In this document: positions 26,670-39,200 of the stretch, one piece after another
Position numbering within the stretch: the stretch's first letter is position 1
Layout: each line of letters opens with the position of its first letter
DNA from: Eledone cirrhosa
Taxonomy: Eukaryota
Assembly (NCBI GenBank): GCA_964016885.1
Contig: OZ024757.1
Span: 25,916,001-25,980,000 of the forward strand
Direction: 5' to 3'
DNA: 64,000 bases
Notes under the pieces: generated by a model
What the model saw: only the letters and a program-made list of their open reading frames with translations
The model's database searches: none
What the model was told of the DNA's origin: nothing
Position numbers and translations under genes: made by a program

Positions 26670-26764
26670 GACATATTACAATCGTTTCTCTGGCGACCAG
26701 CTCGAGGCACGATCGATGTGATGATCGAACCTGACTCTGAAATCGCAAGGTCCTCAGATACGTC
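26670..26764 (-). ncRNA. Type I hammerhead-like motif with long stem II
   Basis: gacgtat-CTGAGGA-[~62 nt]-GAAAC-gatt-GTA-atatgtc; stem I pairs with one G-U. Confidence 0.65.
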
Positions 26765-26801
26765 TTGATTCTACGAAGCAGAGTTTCCAAATTTTTTATT
26801 C

Positions 26802-26832
<31 letters not shown>

Positions 26833-27003
26833 CAATATGTTGAAAAGGTAACACATTAAAGAGAGATAGTGTGCCATCAATAAAACAGGGAAAACCACCA
26901 GTGTATGGAGTCTATAATCTATGGAAGGCAGAGTAGACACACAATAATTAAAAATATAAATTAAAATGTATATACGCACCTCTATGGCTCCGTTAATTTA
27001 TCA

Positions 27004-27037
<34 letters not shown>

Positions 27038-27570
27038 GTTATTCCGGGTTGAATCGGAGGTAACCACAGTAAGTAAGGTACTCAATACATAGCAGAGTAT
27101 AACAGTTTTAATATAGATGAGATTCTACAGGACTAGAACTGTTTCATTCATTAGAAATCATCAGGAATCTGGGTATCAAAAAATAAATATGGTATTTATA
27201 GGTCTCTACAAGTGGTAGGAGAGGGTGGGGAGTGGGATGGGTGCAGGTCATTGGTTGATAGAAAAGGGAATTCATTAAAAGCTAATTCTACAAAGCTATA
27301 GTTTATTTTTATTTTTATTTTTATTTATTTATGTTTTTAGAGTAACAAAGGCAGACAGAATTCTATTGGCATACCATTCCTTGTCAATAAGTTTCTCTTA
27401 AGCTAACAGATGTCTATAAAATCAGTGGGGGGTCAGTAAGAAAAGGGAGATTCTTTAAAAGCTAAAATCATTAAGGTTCTACTAAGTGACAAAGGTCTAG
27501 AGAATTCTGCAGACAGATTCAAAATACTGAGTGCATATCTTACTATTATCTTCGAACTTCTCTTAAACTA
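27038..27570 (-). mobile_element. (TA)n-embedded element with hammerhead-like core (paralog 35705-36240; partial ~27955-28020)
   Basis: Shared ttattccgggttgaatcggaggtaaccacagtaagtaaggtactc end; minus CTGATGA-t-ttc-taat-gaa-t-GAAAC-agttcta-GTC at ~27130-27165. Confidence 0.6.
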
Positions 27571-27773
27571 ATCAACTATATGCCAAAAATCAACAGACAC
27601 ATTCACAAAAAAACAAAAGAACACATACTCACTCACACACTTACGCGCAACCATAAACACACACACAAACACATATACACACATAAAAACACACACACAT
27701 ATATATAAAAATATATAAATATATATTCATGTACACACACAGACATACATACATACATACATATATAATACAT

Positions 27774-27851
27774 AGGAGCTCAGACGGGGTCTCAAATTTT
27801 TTATTCATATATATATATGAATAAAAAATTTGAGACCCCGTCTGAGCTCCT
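27774..27851. repeat. Perfect 78-bp palindrome centred on (TA)n
   Basis: aggagctcagacggggtctcaaattttttattc(at)n gaataaaaaatttgagaccccgtctgagctcct. Confidence 0.95.
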
Positions 27852-28164
27852 GCCTTTTCAACAGCTACTGGTTTTTACTGCATCAATTCTGATATGTGTG
27901 TGTGTGTGTATGTGTGTGTAGGGTTATATATATATATATATATATACATATATGTGAGTCTTGGGTTCAATTGGAGTAACCACAGTAAGGTACTCAATAC
28001 ATTAGTAGAGTGTAACCATCTTATTTTTGAAAATAGTTTTTTCAAAGAATCCTTGTTCTTTAAAATCCCTTGGTCAGTGACCTCTACCCATCCCCAAATC
28101 CCCAAAAATCATCACCTTCCCCAACCACCAGAATACATAAATACAACTGTTATATATATATACA

Positions 28165-28222
<58 letters not shown>

Positions 28223-28695
28223 TATATCCACCATCACCACCACAATCGTAACTACCACCACCACAACTCCCCCCAACCACCACCACCACCATCCCAACCC
28301 CCGCCACAACCAACCAGCCCCAACCACCATCATCACCACCACCCAACCATCACCACCATCACCCTAGTTGGCTGCAGGTAAGTTCCCTGTGAAAGATGCC
28401 TAATTAGTGTTAGTTCTACAGTAATTGCTGCAACAGTCGTTGGCTAATTAGCTGATTGTTATTGGACAGCTTAACGAAGCAGCCACCCAACACTACTGTA
28501 TTTCATGCCAAATACCTGGGCTGGGATGGTTGACTGGCAGGGTGGATGGGGGGTAGTAGCCACCCCAACCAGCAATAATTATAGTACCATCACCACCACT
28601 TTGAGACTCACCATCACAACCACAAACACAACTTTCACCACCTTTTCTTCCCCCCTCTCTCTCTATTTATATGTGTATATATATATATATATAAT

Positions 28696-29040
28696 GGAGG
28701 CACATACCTTAGTGGTTAGAGCATTGGCCTTGCAATCGAAAGGTTGTGAGTTCAATTCTCAGACCGGGTGATGTGTTGTTTCCTTGAGCAAGACACTTTA
28801 TTTCACATTGCTCCAGTTTACTCAGCTGTAGAAATGAGATGATAGGGACTGGGGTCCCTATCATTCCACTGCAAAGTGGACGTGTAGGCGCCACGGCAAA
28901 AAAGCACCCAGCACTCACTGTAAATGAGGTTGGTGTTAGGAAGGGCATCCAGCTGTAGAAATCAAGCCAGAATCAGTTCCCGTCCCACCCTTGCAAGCAG
29001 GGAAAAGCGGACGTAAAATGAAATGATGATGAAAATGATG
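28696..29040 (+). mobile_element. SINE family B
   Basis: Full head, core and RTE tail; TA flanks. Confidence 0.9.
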
Positions 29041-29057
29041 ATATATATATATATATA

Positions 29058-29648
29058 TCATCATCATCTTACGTCCGCTTTTCCCTGCTTGCGGGACGGG
29101 TCTTATTCAGCACAGCATCTCTCCACTTGTCACGGTCCTTCGTCATCTCCACCGTGAACTTCAGCGATCTGAGGTCTGTTCTCACCACCTCCGCCCATGT
29201 TTTTTGTGGTCTACCTCTACCACGTCTTCCTTCAACTGGCATTTCCTGGCACTTCTTCACCCATTGGTCATCCTCCATGTGCATCACATGTCCATACCAC
29301 CTCAGTCTCCTCTCTCGCACACTACATTCTATCCCTCTGAGACACAGTTTCTCTCTCAACACATCCATGCTGATGCTGGGTCGTTCACGCACATTGTCAT
29401 TGCACATCCAACGGAGAATGCTTGCCTCATTTCTCTCCACCCGTTGCATATCCTCTGCAGTTGCTGCCCATGTCTCACTACCATGCAGCATCGCGCTCCT
29501 CACGCAGGCATCATATAACTAGCCTTTCATACGCAGGGAGAAACCCTTCTTCGTCAGCAGAGGAAGCAGCTTCCTAAACTTCTTCCAACCCGTCCTTATT
29601 CTAGATACTATGGCCTCGGAACACCCCCCCTCCCATGCTAATCTGATC
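29058..29648 (-). mobile_element. 5'-truncated RTE LINE (family A)
   Basis: ORF 29069-29503 MLHGSETWAATAEDMQRVERNEASILRWMC..RRLRWYGHV; upstream GCSEAIVSRIRTGWKKF. Confidence 0.92.
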
Positions 29649-30163
29649 ATATATATATATATAAATACCAAAATCCTCCATAGGAGAATGGAGTCTCAAA
29701 TAGATATGACAGAAGACAGCAAACACCCTTTCCTCATCAGCTGCCAAACTGGAACAGACAGTGATTTCAAGCAATTTACATGCGTTATCACTGTCTATTT
29801 CAGGATATCAATAGATAGGGTGGAATTCTTCATACACTGGAAGATGTGCATGTAAGATGATACAGGGCAACCTGGTAGATTGATGGAAAATATACGGGGG
29901 GGGGGTGTACAGACTGGGATGTGGGTAAAGAAATTGTATAGTTTTTGACTAGCAACAAAATAAATTAAACTTTAAAATTAGAATTTGGAAAAAGGTGTAC
30001 AATTTTTTTTTTTTTTTCTTGCCATATTATTGTTTGATTGATGGTGGGTAAATATGTGATGAACCTTTATGACGTGTGTGTGTATGTATGTGTGTATGTG
30101 TATGTGTTATGTATGCATGTGTATATATGCTATGTATATATTGTTGTATGTATGAATGTATGT

Positions 30164-30194
<31 letters not shown>

Positions 30195-30356
30195 AACCCA
30201 TGCTAGCATGGAAAAAATGGACGTTAAACCGTGATGATGATGATGATGTAAGTATGTTATGTATGTATATATGTATGTTATGTATCTATGTATGCATATA
30301 TATATATATATAGTAATAATAATAAATTTGAACACTAAAATCCAAAGAGGGCTCGA

Positions 30357-30706
30357 TCATCATTTCATCATTTCATTTTACGTCCGCTTTTTTTCCCTGC
30401 TTGCAAGGGTGGGACGGGAACTGATTCTGGCTTGATTTCTACAGCTGGATGCCCTTCCTAACACCAACCTCATTTACAGTGAGTGCTGGGTGCTTTTTTG
30501 CCGTGGCACCTCCACGACACGACCACTTTGCAGTGGAATGATAGGGACCCCAGTCCCTATCATCTCATTTCTACAGCTGAGTAAACTGGAGAAATGTGAA
30601 ATAAAGTGTCTTGCTCAAGGAAACAACACATCACCCGGTCTGAGAATTGAACTCACAACCTTTCGATTGCAAGGCCAATGCTCTAACCACTAAGCCATGT
30701 GCCTCC
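30357..30706 (-). mobile_element. SINE family B inserted into a (TA)n-embedded element
   Basis: Interrupts gagggctcgat|gataaagataaag, which is contiguous at ~3400-3420. Confidence 0.88.
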
Positions 30707-30795
30707 ATGATAAAGATAAAGATATATGAAAAATTATATAAGAACCGTAGAGCAAATATTTATTAAAATAATTTATTTAATTATTTAATTAATAA

Positions 30796-30837
<42 letters not shown>

Positions 30838-31055
30838 GATTAATCGAGTATCGGAATATCAGCCCACGAAATCACGATAAACAATATCCGACATGTGTGG
30901 CAGAGGGCTCAATAATTTGGATAAATCAGAGCTATAACTATCGTTAAATTACCAACACATAGGGATTATGCCTAAAATCACCCGTGCAGCCGAAAAAGAA
31001 CGACCAGGAAGATTCGGGTCACTCAAATAAAATATCAATAAATTAATAAATTAAA

Positions 31056-31124
<69 letters not shown>

Positions 31125-31248
31125 TTGTAGGGTTGCAAGGTAAATGCATCCGTAGGTGCTATGCCAGTTGAGCACTCTATGCTCACGCAGAGCAGAGTAT
31201 AATATTATAAAGAATGAGGAATCAGTGTTGCATCATATCACATTTATT

Positions 31249-31342
31249 AACATATTACATATGTTTCTCCGTCGATCAGCTCGAGGCAAGATCTGTTACA
31301 GATCTAACCCGACTCTGCAATCGAAAGTTCTTCAGATATGTT
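31249..31342 (-). ncRNA. Type I hammerhead-like motif with long branched stem II
   Basis: aacatat-CTGAAGA-[~61 nt incl. agatctgt/acagatct hairpin]-GAAAC-atat-GTA-atatgtt; perfect 7-bp stem I, palindromic loop III. Confidence 0.72.
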
Positions 31343-31372
31343 TTGTGTGTGAGATCTCACACACAAAGCCTA

Positions 31373-31564
31373 TGAGCTGAAAAGCTCATAGGCTGACTAT
31401 GAAGCAGTAATGATAGAGCTGTGAAATCTTGCATGCATTAATTTCAATTCTTCTTATTAATAATTGCATTGTTTCCTTCCAAGGACTATGTTGAAAAATA
31501 AACCACATTTGGTCATTCCATGAGAGTACCTTGGTCAGCCTATGAACTTTTCAGCCGACCCTCA
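31373..31564. mobile_element. mariner-like MITE; right end duplicated to ~31636
   Basis: TIRs ctgaaaagctcataggctgac / gtcagcctatgaacttttcagccgaccctca|TA. Confidence 0.65.
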
Positions 31565-31916
31565 TATGTTGAAAAATAAATCACATTTGATCATTCCATG
31601 AGAGTATCTTAGTCAGCCTATGAACTTTTCAGCCGGCACTTGTATACTCACACAATTACAAACATACTCTGTCTCACACACACACATAGATCAAGTTTGT
31701 AAAGAAAAACAGCAGGTTATATTTTCCCATGCCAATTAATTATATTCCTCATTAAACAATTTCAAATATTAATTAATATATTTTAGCTTATAGTATGAGG
31801 TTTGTTTTCTTTTATATTGATTTTCTCATAAAATTTAATTTGTTGGTGAAATTGTGGTGTCCTATGATTTTTCTTTGTTTATAAATTCATGTTTCAACTT
31901 GTTGCTGTTCAATAAG

Positions 31917-32213
31917 ATATACACTTACTCTTAGTAAAATATACACTTACTCTTGGTAAAATATACACTTACTCTTGGTAAAATATACACTTACCTTTGG
32001 TAAAATATACACTTACTCTCAGTAACACATACACTTACTCTTGGTAAAATATACACTTACTGTCAGTAACACATACACTTACCCATGGTAAAATATACAC
32101 TTACTCTTAGTAAAATATACACTTACTCTTGGTAAAATATACACGTTCTCTTGGTAAAATATACACTTACTCCTGGTAAGATTTACACTTACTCTTAATA
32201 ATAACATATACAC
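31917..32213. repeat. 22-bp minisatellite x~13
   Basis: atatacacttactcttggtaaa. Confidence 0.92.
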
Positions 32214-32217
32214 TTAA

Positions 32218-32343
32218 CCCTTTAGCATTTAAACCGGCCATGTCCAGCCAGAATTCTCTCACCTCTTTCTGTTCAAACCGGCTGTAACTGGCCACACATA
32301 CTCAACATAAATAATATCAAAATCTCATACATTCAATATTATT
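32218..32343 (+). mobile_element. Truncated piggyBac-like MITE
   Basis: TTAA|ccctttagcatttaaaccggcc left end only. Confidence 0.8.
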
Positions 32344-33287
32344 TGCTGCACAAATATAGGTTGAAAGGGCAAAGGATTTACATTGGAGCATGCATACACA
32401 TACACACACACATAGACACACATGCATGCACACACAGACGCATACACACGCACACACACACATGCACACATACACACATAGACACATACCCACGCACACA
32501 CACACACACATACATAGACGCATACATACACACATACACACAGAAACATATCTACATACACTCAACACATATACAAACACACATGCACGTAGACACATGC
32601 ACATATATACACATACACATACAGACGGAACATTACAACAACAACAACAAGGTGATTAAAAGCAGGGGTTTGAACAAATAATCCATAGTCAAGATTATTC
32701 CTGTGTTGTAACAATTATTTTCAAAGTTAATTCCCATGAAATGAAATGAAGTGGGGGGTAGTGGTAGTAGTGGTGGTGATGGTAGTGGAGGTGGTGGGGA
32801 TGGTAGTGGTGGTGGTGGTGATGATAGTGGTGGTGGTGGTGGTGTGGATGGTAGTGGTGGCGGTGGTGGTGGTGGTGGTGTGGATGGTAGGGGTGGTGGT
32901 GGTGGGGGCGGTGGTGGGGATGGTGATGGGTGGGGGTCTTTGTCAGGGTGGAGAGGACCAAGAATGGCTCCTTGTGACACACCCATTTCTCCCAGCTGTA
33001 ATATCAGCTGCTCAGATGTCAGGGGGGAAAACTTTAACAATTCTATTTGTACATTAATTACAGTATACATAGTACTGTGTCCCCTCGGTATTTGGGGTCC
33101 CGGTTATTCGCGGAATTTTCCTTAGATCCTAACTAATAATTGTTTGTGGAAACCACCGCATATTTGCGGAATCGTAAATATCTTCAACAAAGCGATTTTT
33201 TTTTTTTTTTTTTATAGCTTTTTTTGTGTCGATATATATTTTTTCACGCTTTTTTTAACTTTAACTTATTATTAATAATTGTTTCTA

Positions 33288-34180
33288 AGGGTGGTGGATT
33301 GGCAGTATCGGTAGAGAGTCGGACACCATGCTAGGGTGGTGGATTGGCAGTATGGTAGAGAGTCGGACACCATGCTAGGGTGGTGGATTGGCAGTATCGG
33401 TAGAGAGTCGGACACCATGCTAGGGTGGTGGATTGGCAGTATGGTAGAGAGTCGGACACCATACTAGGGTGGTGGATTGGCAGTACCGGTAGAGAGTCGG
33501 ACACCATGCTAGGGTGGTGGATTGGCAGTATCGGTAGAGAGTCGGACACCATGCTAGGGTGGTGAATTGGCAGTATCGGTAGAGAGTCGGACTCCATGCT
33601 AGGGTGGTGGATTGGCAGTATCGGTAGAGAGTCGGACACCATGCTAGGGTGGTGGATTGGCAGTATCGGTAGAGAGTCGGACACCATGCTAGGGTGGTGG
33701 ATTGGCAGTACCGGTAGAGAGTCGGACACCATGCTAGGGTGGTGGATTGGCAGTAACGGTAGAGAGTCGGACACCATGCTAGGGTTTTGGATTGGCAGTA
33801 TCGGTAGAGAGTCGGACACCATGCTAGGGTGGTGGATTGGCAGTATGGTAGAGAGTCGGACACCATGCTAGGGTGGTGGATTGGCAGTATCGGTAGAGAG
33901 TCGGACACCATGCTAGGGTGGTGGATTGGCAGTATCGGTAGAGAGTCGGACGCCATGCTAGGGTGGTGGATTGGCAGTATGGTAGAGAGTCAGACGCCAT
34001 GCTTTCCAGCATAGTTACGTCCCTTTACGATCTGAGTTCAAATCCCACCGAGGTTAACTTTGTCTTTCATCCTTACGGGGTCGATAAAATAAAGTACCTG
34101 TAATGCACTGGGGTCGATTTAATCGACTTTCCCCTCACCCCAAATTTGCTGGCCTTGTGCCTATATAAGAAACCATTATT
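33288..34180 (+). mobile_element. SINE family A whose 45-bp 5' head is tandemly amplified ~16x
   Basis: Unit agggtggtggattggcagtatcggtagagagtcggacaccatgct; last unit continues into B-box and body. Confidence 0.92.
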
Positions 34181-34500
34181 AATAATTGTTTCTACTTTAG
34201 GCACAAGGCCAGCAATTATCTTAGTGTATTACTGGTACTTTATTTTATCGATCGCGTGAGGATGTAAGGCAAAGTTAACCTCGGCGGGATTTGAGCTCAG
34301 ACCGTAAAGGGGTGTAACTCAATGCTGCAAAGCATGGCATCCAACCTCCTACCGATACTGCCAATCTACTGCCACGGTCTGAGTTCAAATCTCGCCGAAA
34401 TTAACTTTGCCTTTCATCCTTACCGGGTCGATAAAATAAAGTACCAGTAATGCACTGGGTAATTGCTGGCCTTGTGCTAAAAGTAGAAACAATTATTATT
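34181..34500. mobile_element. Inverted SINE A copy followed by a forward partial copy
   Basis: Minus copy ~34181-34375, plus copy ~34375-34500. Confidence 0.85.
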
Positions 34501-34514
34501 AATAATTATTATCG

Positions 34515-34628
34515 CTGAAGCTCGCAGAGGAGATGAAGAGGGACCGTGACGAATGGAGAGATGCTGTACTGAAGAGGACCCATCCCACCCTTGCAAGCAG
34601 TGAAAAGCGGATGTAATGATGATGATGA
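34515..34628 (+). mobile_element. RTE family A extreme 3' end
   Basis: gaccgtgacgaatggagagatgctgtactg..cccacccttgcaagcag..gatgatg. Confidence 0.8.
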
Positions 34629-35704
34629 TTTGCTGGTCTATATTTTACGTGATGTTTTGACATTTATGACATTTATAGGCATTTTTATGGACCATGTCCA
34701 ATATTCGCAGCTTTTCACTCTTTGTGGGTGCTCTGGGAACATAACCCCCCCCCCCCCCCCCCCCACGTGAATATCGGTGTGTGGGGGGTTGGGGCCACTG
34801 TACTGTGTATACTTTAAGCAAACAACAGTGAGTCTCTTTCTACACTGGTTGTTTAGTATGCTAGAAATAGCAGAGAATTTTCCCTCAAAACCACACTTTG
34901 CTCTCATGAAAACAAAGGATACATTGATTGCTTTGGCATACTAAAAATAGCAGCCAACTCTACCTCAAAATTACACATTAGTGTCTTGAAAACAAAGGAC
35001 ACATTCGAAGGATAAATGTGTTAATGGTGGTGGTGGGGTGGTGGGGGATGGGGGTGGGGTAGTTGTGGTAGTGGTGATGGTAATGCTAATGTTGGTAGCA
35101 ACAGCAGTAGTAGATGGTGGGGTGGTGGTGATGATGGTGGTGGGGTGGTGGTGTTGGGAGTAGGGGTGCTGACATGCTAGAGTTGACAATATCTGCTACT
35201 GTGTAATGTTGGTCAGGATTTTCAGTCACAGACACACACACACATACACACATATACACACATACGCACACACACACATGTATATATAAAGGTGTATTTT
35301 ATATGTATCTATGTAAGCATGTGTTGATCATCATCATACGTCTGCTTTTCCCTGCTTGCAAGGGTGGGACGGGTGTTATATACAGTATGTTATATATGTG
35401 TATATAATGTTATGTAGGTGTATGTTTGGGTATATGTATATATGATGTTATGTAGGTGTATGTAAGGGTTATATCATATATGTGAGTGTATATATGCTAT
35501 ATATATATATATATTTGTGTGTGTATATATGGAGAACTTTCATTAAAATAACAATCAGTAAAATCAATATACACAAATAATACAAAGAAAAAACTACTAC
35601 AATTATTCATATACATATATGTATATATATATGTGTGTGTGTATATATATATATATATGTGTGTGTATATATATATATAAATCTATATATATATATACAA
35701 TTAA

Positions 35705-36240
35705 GTTATTCCGGGTTGAATCGGAGGTAACCACAGTAAGTAAGGTACTCAATACATAGCAGAGTATAAAAGTTTTAATATAGAAGAGCTTCTACAGGAC
35801 TAGAACTGTTTCATTTTTGAGAAATCATCAGGGAGCAGGCTGTCCAAGTTAGTAGTGGTATTTATATCTTTTCTTTTCTGGTGGTAGGAGAGGGTGGGGA
35901 TTGGATTGGGTGGAGGTCATTGGTTGAAGGATTTAAAGAAAAGGGAGTTCATTAAAAGCTAATTCTTTAAAGCTATAGTATTAAAAAAGGGCAGAAAGAA
36001 TACTGTAAACAAAATCAAATTTGGAATACCAATCCTAGTTTATCACTTAGACTAACAATGTCTGTAAGACAGGTGTCTACAGGATGGGTGGGGTTCAATG
36101 GTTTAAAAAAAAGGGAAATTCTTTAGAAGCTAATTCTTTAAGACTGGAATAAGTGTGACAAAGGCAGAGAGGGTTCATCAACAGATTCAAGTGTTGGGGT
36201 GATTTCCCTAATTGCGAAGTTTCTCTTAATATATATTCCA
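35705..36240 (-). mobile_element. Second copy of the (TA)n-associated hammerhead-like element
   Basis: Homologous to 27038-27570; CTGATGA..GAAAC-agttcta-GTC at ~35797-35832. Confidence 0.6.
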
Positions 36241-36617
36241 GGTGTCAACAACCACATTCACACACTCGCCCACTTACACACGTACACACACATACACGCA
36301 CGCACACACAGGCAGGCACACACACACAACAAACATACATAATGGTACATACACACATACACATATACAAATATATACACATATATATACATACATACAC
36401 ATATATATATATATACACACACACACACGCTCTCATGCATACACACGCATACACACATTCAAACGTACACATACCAATATATGTGTGTTTATGTATGTTT
36501 GTATATATATTTACACCTGCATTTAGTGACATGTGTTCTTTTGAATGAAAGCAAGTTTATATATATCTCTCTCTCTCCCCTTCTCTCTCTCTCTCCCCCC
36601 CTCTCTCTCTCTCTCTC

Positions 36618-36729
<112 letters not shown>

Positions 36730-37049
36730 AACACACATACATACATATAGATACATATGTATTTACACATATGCCCATATTTAGTCTGAGTCTCATGTAC
36801 TGTAAGATGATAGCATGTCTCTATATTATATATATGTATATCATCATCATCATAATCATGTGTGTGTGTGTGTGTATTGATGTTAATGTCATTAAGCATA
36901 TACTGGTTGTCGAATCAAATTTATGCTACATAGGCATTGACGTGGACCTCAAGTTTCCCCTGTCCCAAGGCTTGTTCAAACACACTCACATACACACTCA
37001 CAGATTCACACACACATTCTTCATCATCATCATTGTTGTCATTATTTAA

Positions 37050-37257
37050 CCCTTTAGCATTTCAACCGGCCATATCCAGCCAGAATTCTCTCACCTCTTT
37101 CTGTTCAAACCGGCTGTAACCGGCCTCACATACATATGTTAAGGTATTGTTCTCAAAATAAATAATATAAAAATCTCATAGATTCGATATTTTATGAGAT
37201 AAAGCCTTTACTGTGAAAATACAATAGTAAATATAGAGTAATGTAAATGCTAAAGGG
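37050..37257 (+). mobile_element. piggyBac-like MITE, complete
   Basis: TTAA 37046-49 and 37258-61; TIR ccctttagcattt/aaatgctaaaggg. Confidence 0.9.
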
Positions 37258-37446
37258 TTAACCTGTTTATCCTGCTAGCAGAGATTGGATGATTTCCCCC
37301 AGACCTGTTAATACTCAATCAAAGCTAGTGACATCTTCTATCTGTCAGGAGCCTACAACCTGTTTGTATACGATCCCACTCTTTATAGGAAAGTTGTGAC
37401 TTTGACACAGCTGAAGAGCCTTTGTGACTCTTTCCTTTCACCTTAA

Positions 37447-37684
37447 CCCTTTAGCATTTAAACCGGCCATATCCAACCAGAGCCCTCTCACCTCTTTCTG
37501 TTCAAACCGGCCATATCCAGCTAGAGTTCTCTCACCCCTTTCTGTTCAAACCAGCTGCAACCGGCTACACATACTTATGTTAAGGTATTGTTGTCAAAAT
37601 AAATAATATAAAAATTTCATAGATTAGATATTATGTGAGATAAAAATATGATAGTATATATAGAGTAGTGTAAATGCTAAAGGG
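37447..37684 (+). mobile_element. piggyBac-like MITE, complete (duplicated together with its flank)
   Basis: TTAA 37443-46 and 37685-88; same downstream flank as the preceding copy. Confidence 0.9.
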
Positions 37685-38818
37685 TTAACCTGTTTACCCT
37701 GCTAGCAGGGGTTGGATGTTTCCCCACAGACCAGTTAATACTCAATCAAAGCTAGTGGCCTCTTCTATCTGCCAGGAGCCTACAACCTGTTTGTATACGA
37801 TCCCACAATTTACTAACTGTATTTTATCATGGCATCATCACTAGGGAAGTTGTTGTGTCTTTGATAAAGCTGAAGAAACTTCCTAACCTTCCCTTTCACC
37901 TTAAAAGCCCTCATCGGTCACTAATGACCATGGTTTTGCACCTAGAAAGTTTCCTTCCGAGGCATAAGTCCAGTGATGTGGTGGTGTTGGTGATGATGAT
38001 GATGGTGGTGGTGGTGACTGTGGTGATGATGATAATGATGGTGGTGGTGGTGGTGGTAATGATGATGGTGGTGGTAGTGGCGAAAGCTGTGGTAATGATT
38101 GTGGTGGTGTTGATGATGATGATGACTATGTATTTCTTTTCTTTAAAACTATCCTTTTGTCCATTTTTCTCTTTTGTGAGATAAAGCCTTTACTGTGAAC
38201 CTTTCTTTCTCTTATCATTGCAGGTATGGTTTAAGAAGAAGGAAACAATAAGGAAAACCTTCCATAACCTTCTTTCTTTCTTTCTTTCCTTTATTATTTT
38301 TCTCCCTTTCTTTATATAAATATAAAGAAAGAGAAAACAACCCCTGCTCCGCCCCCACACACATAAATACACACAGAAAATACACAAAAGAAAAAAAAAA
38401 AAACATTATACCAAGTGGGCTCTGTGAGTTTTTTAAAATTTACCTGCTGGTTACCCACTCTCTTGAACAAGCTCAATTAAGGTAAGCCACCTTTGTTTTT
38501 ATTTTGTTATCATGTCATTTGGTTTTGAGGACCTTCAGTTGTGTCGGAGGTATGGTTACCTTCTCCGCGCTCTCGGTAGAACGTGAGACTGTATATGTAA
38601 AGTAAGACAAAGATCCCTGGCCTGTCTACCTGTGAGGGCCTGTCTGGGAGATCAGATTAGCCCCCCCCCCCCCTCACCCGCTTCAGTAATGATTTGGTTT
38701 ATGTAGACCCGTCCAACCCCTGCTAGCAGGGAAAGTGGATATTAAAAGTGACAACAATGGTGGTGATGTATGTGTGTGTGTAAATGTGTGTATATGTGTA
38801 TATGCATGTGTGTGTGTC

Positions 38819-38864
<46 letters not shown>

Positions 38865-39162
38865 CATGTGTGTATATGTGTTTGTGTTGGACCTGATGAT
38901 TTAAACATGATTATAGCATGAAACCACTGGTATCACCATATTTAGTCAAACTCTTAGTATAAATACTTAACTTCCATATGATTTGTTGATTGTTTTGGCC
39001 TTTTATGTGCACCCACAACTGTGTATGTATATGTGTATGTATATACACCCACAACTGTATATGTATATGTGTACATACATATATACATACAATTTTTTAT
39101 CAGAATTCTTTCCCCTAACCTTCTCACACTACTCTTACATATATCTGTTCTCCTTATTTGAA

Positions 39163-39200
39163 CTTTCCTGAAGAAGGACTTCTGTCCGAAACATTGAAAC
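39163..39200 (+). ncRNA. Minimal hammerhead-like motif, loop-less stem III family (degenerate)
   Basis: tttc-CTGAAGA-a-ggac-ttct-gtcc-GAAAC-att-gaaa. Confidence 0.5.

Larger units (their letters stand above)
33075..34800. mobile_element. pogo/Tigger-like MITE disrupted by nested SINE and RTE insertions
   Basis: TA|ctgtgtcccctcggtatt..ggttattcgcgg left end; gtgaatatcg..ggggccactg|TA right end. Confidence 0.55.

Noticed and set aside
28375-28383. Perfect splice donor CAG|GTAAGT
   Set aside because: One such 9-mer is near chance expectation in 64 kb on two strands, and there is no credible upstream exon.
29730-29745. CTGATGA (minus) in a TA-adjacent element
   Set aside because: No properly spaced stem II-GAAA-NUH could be found, so it is not counted as a hammerhead.
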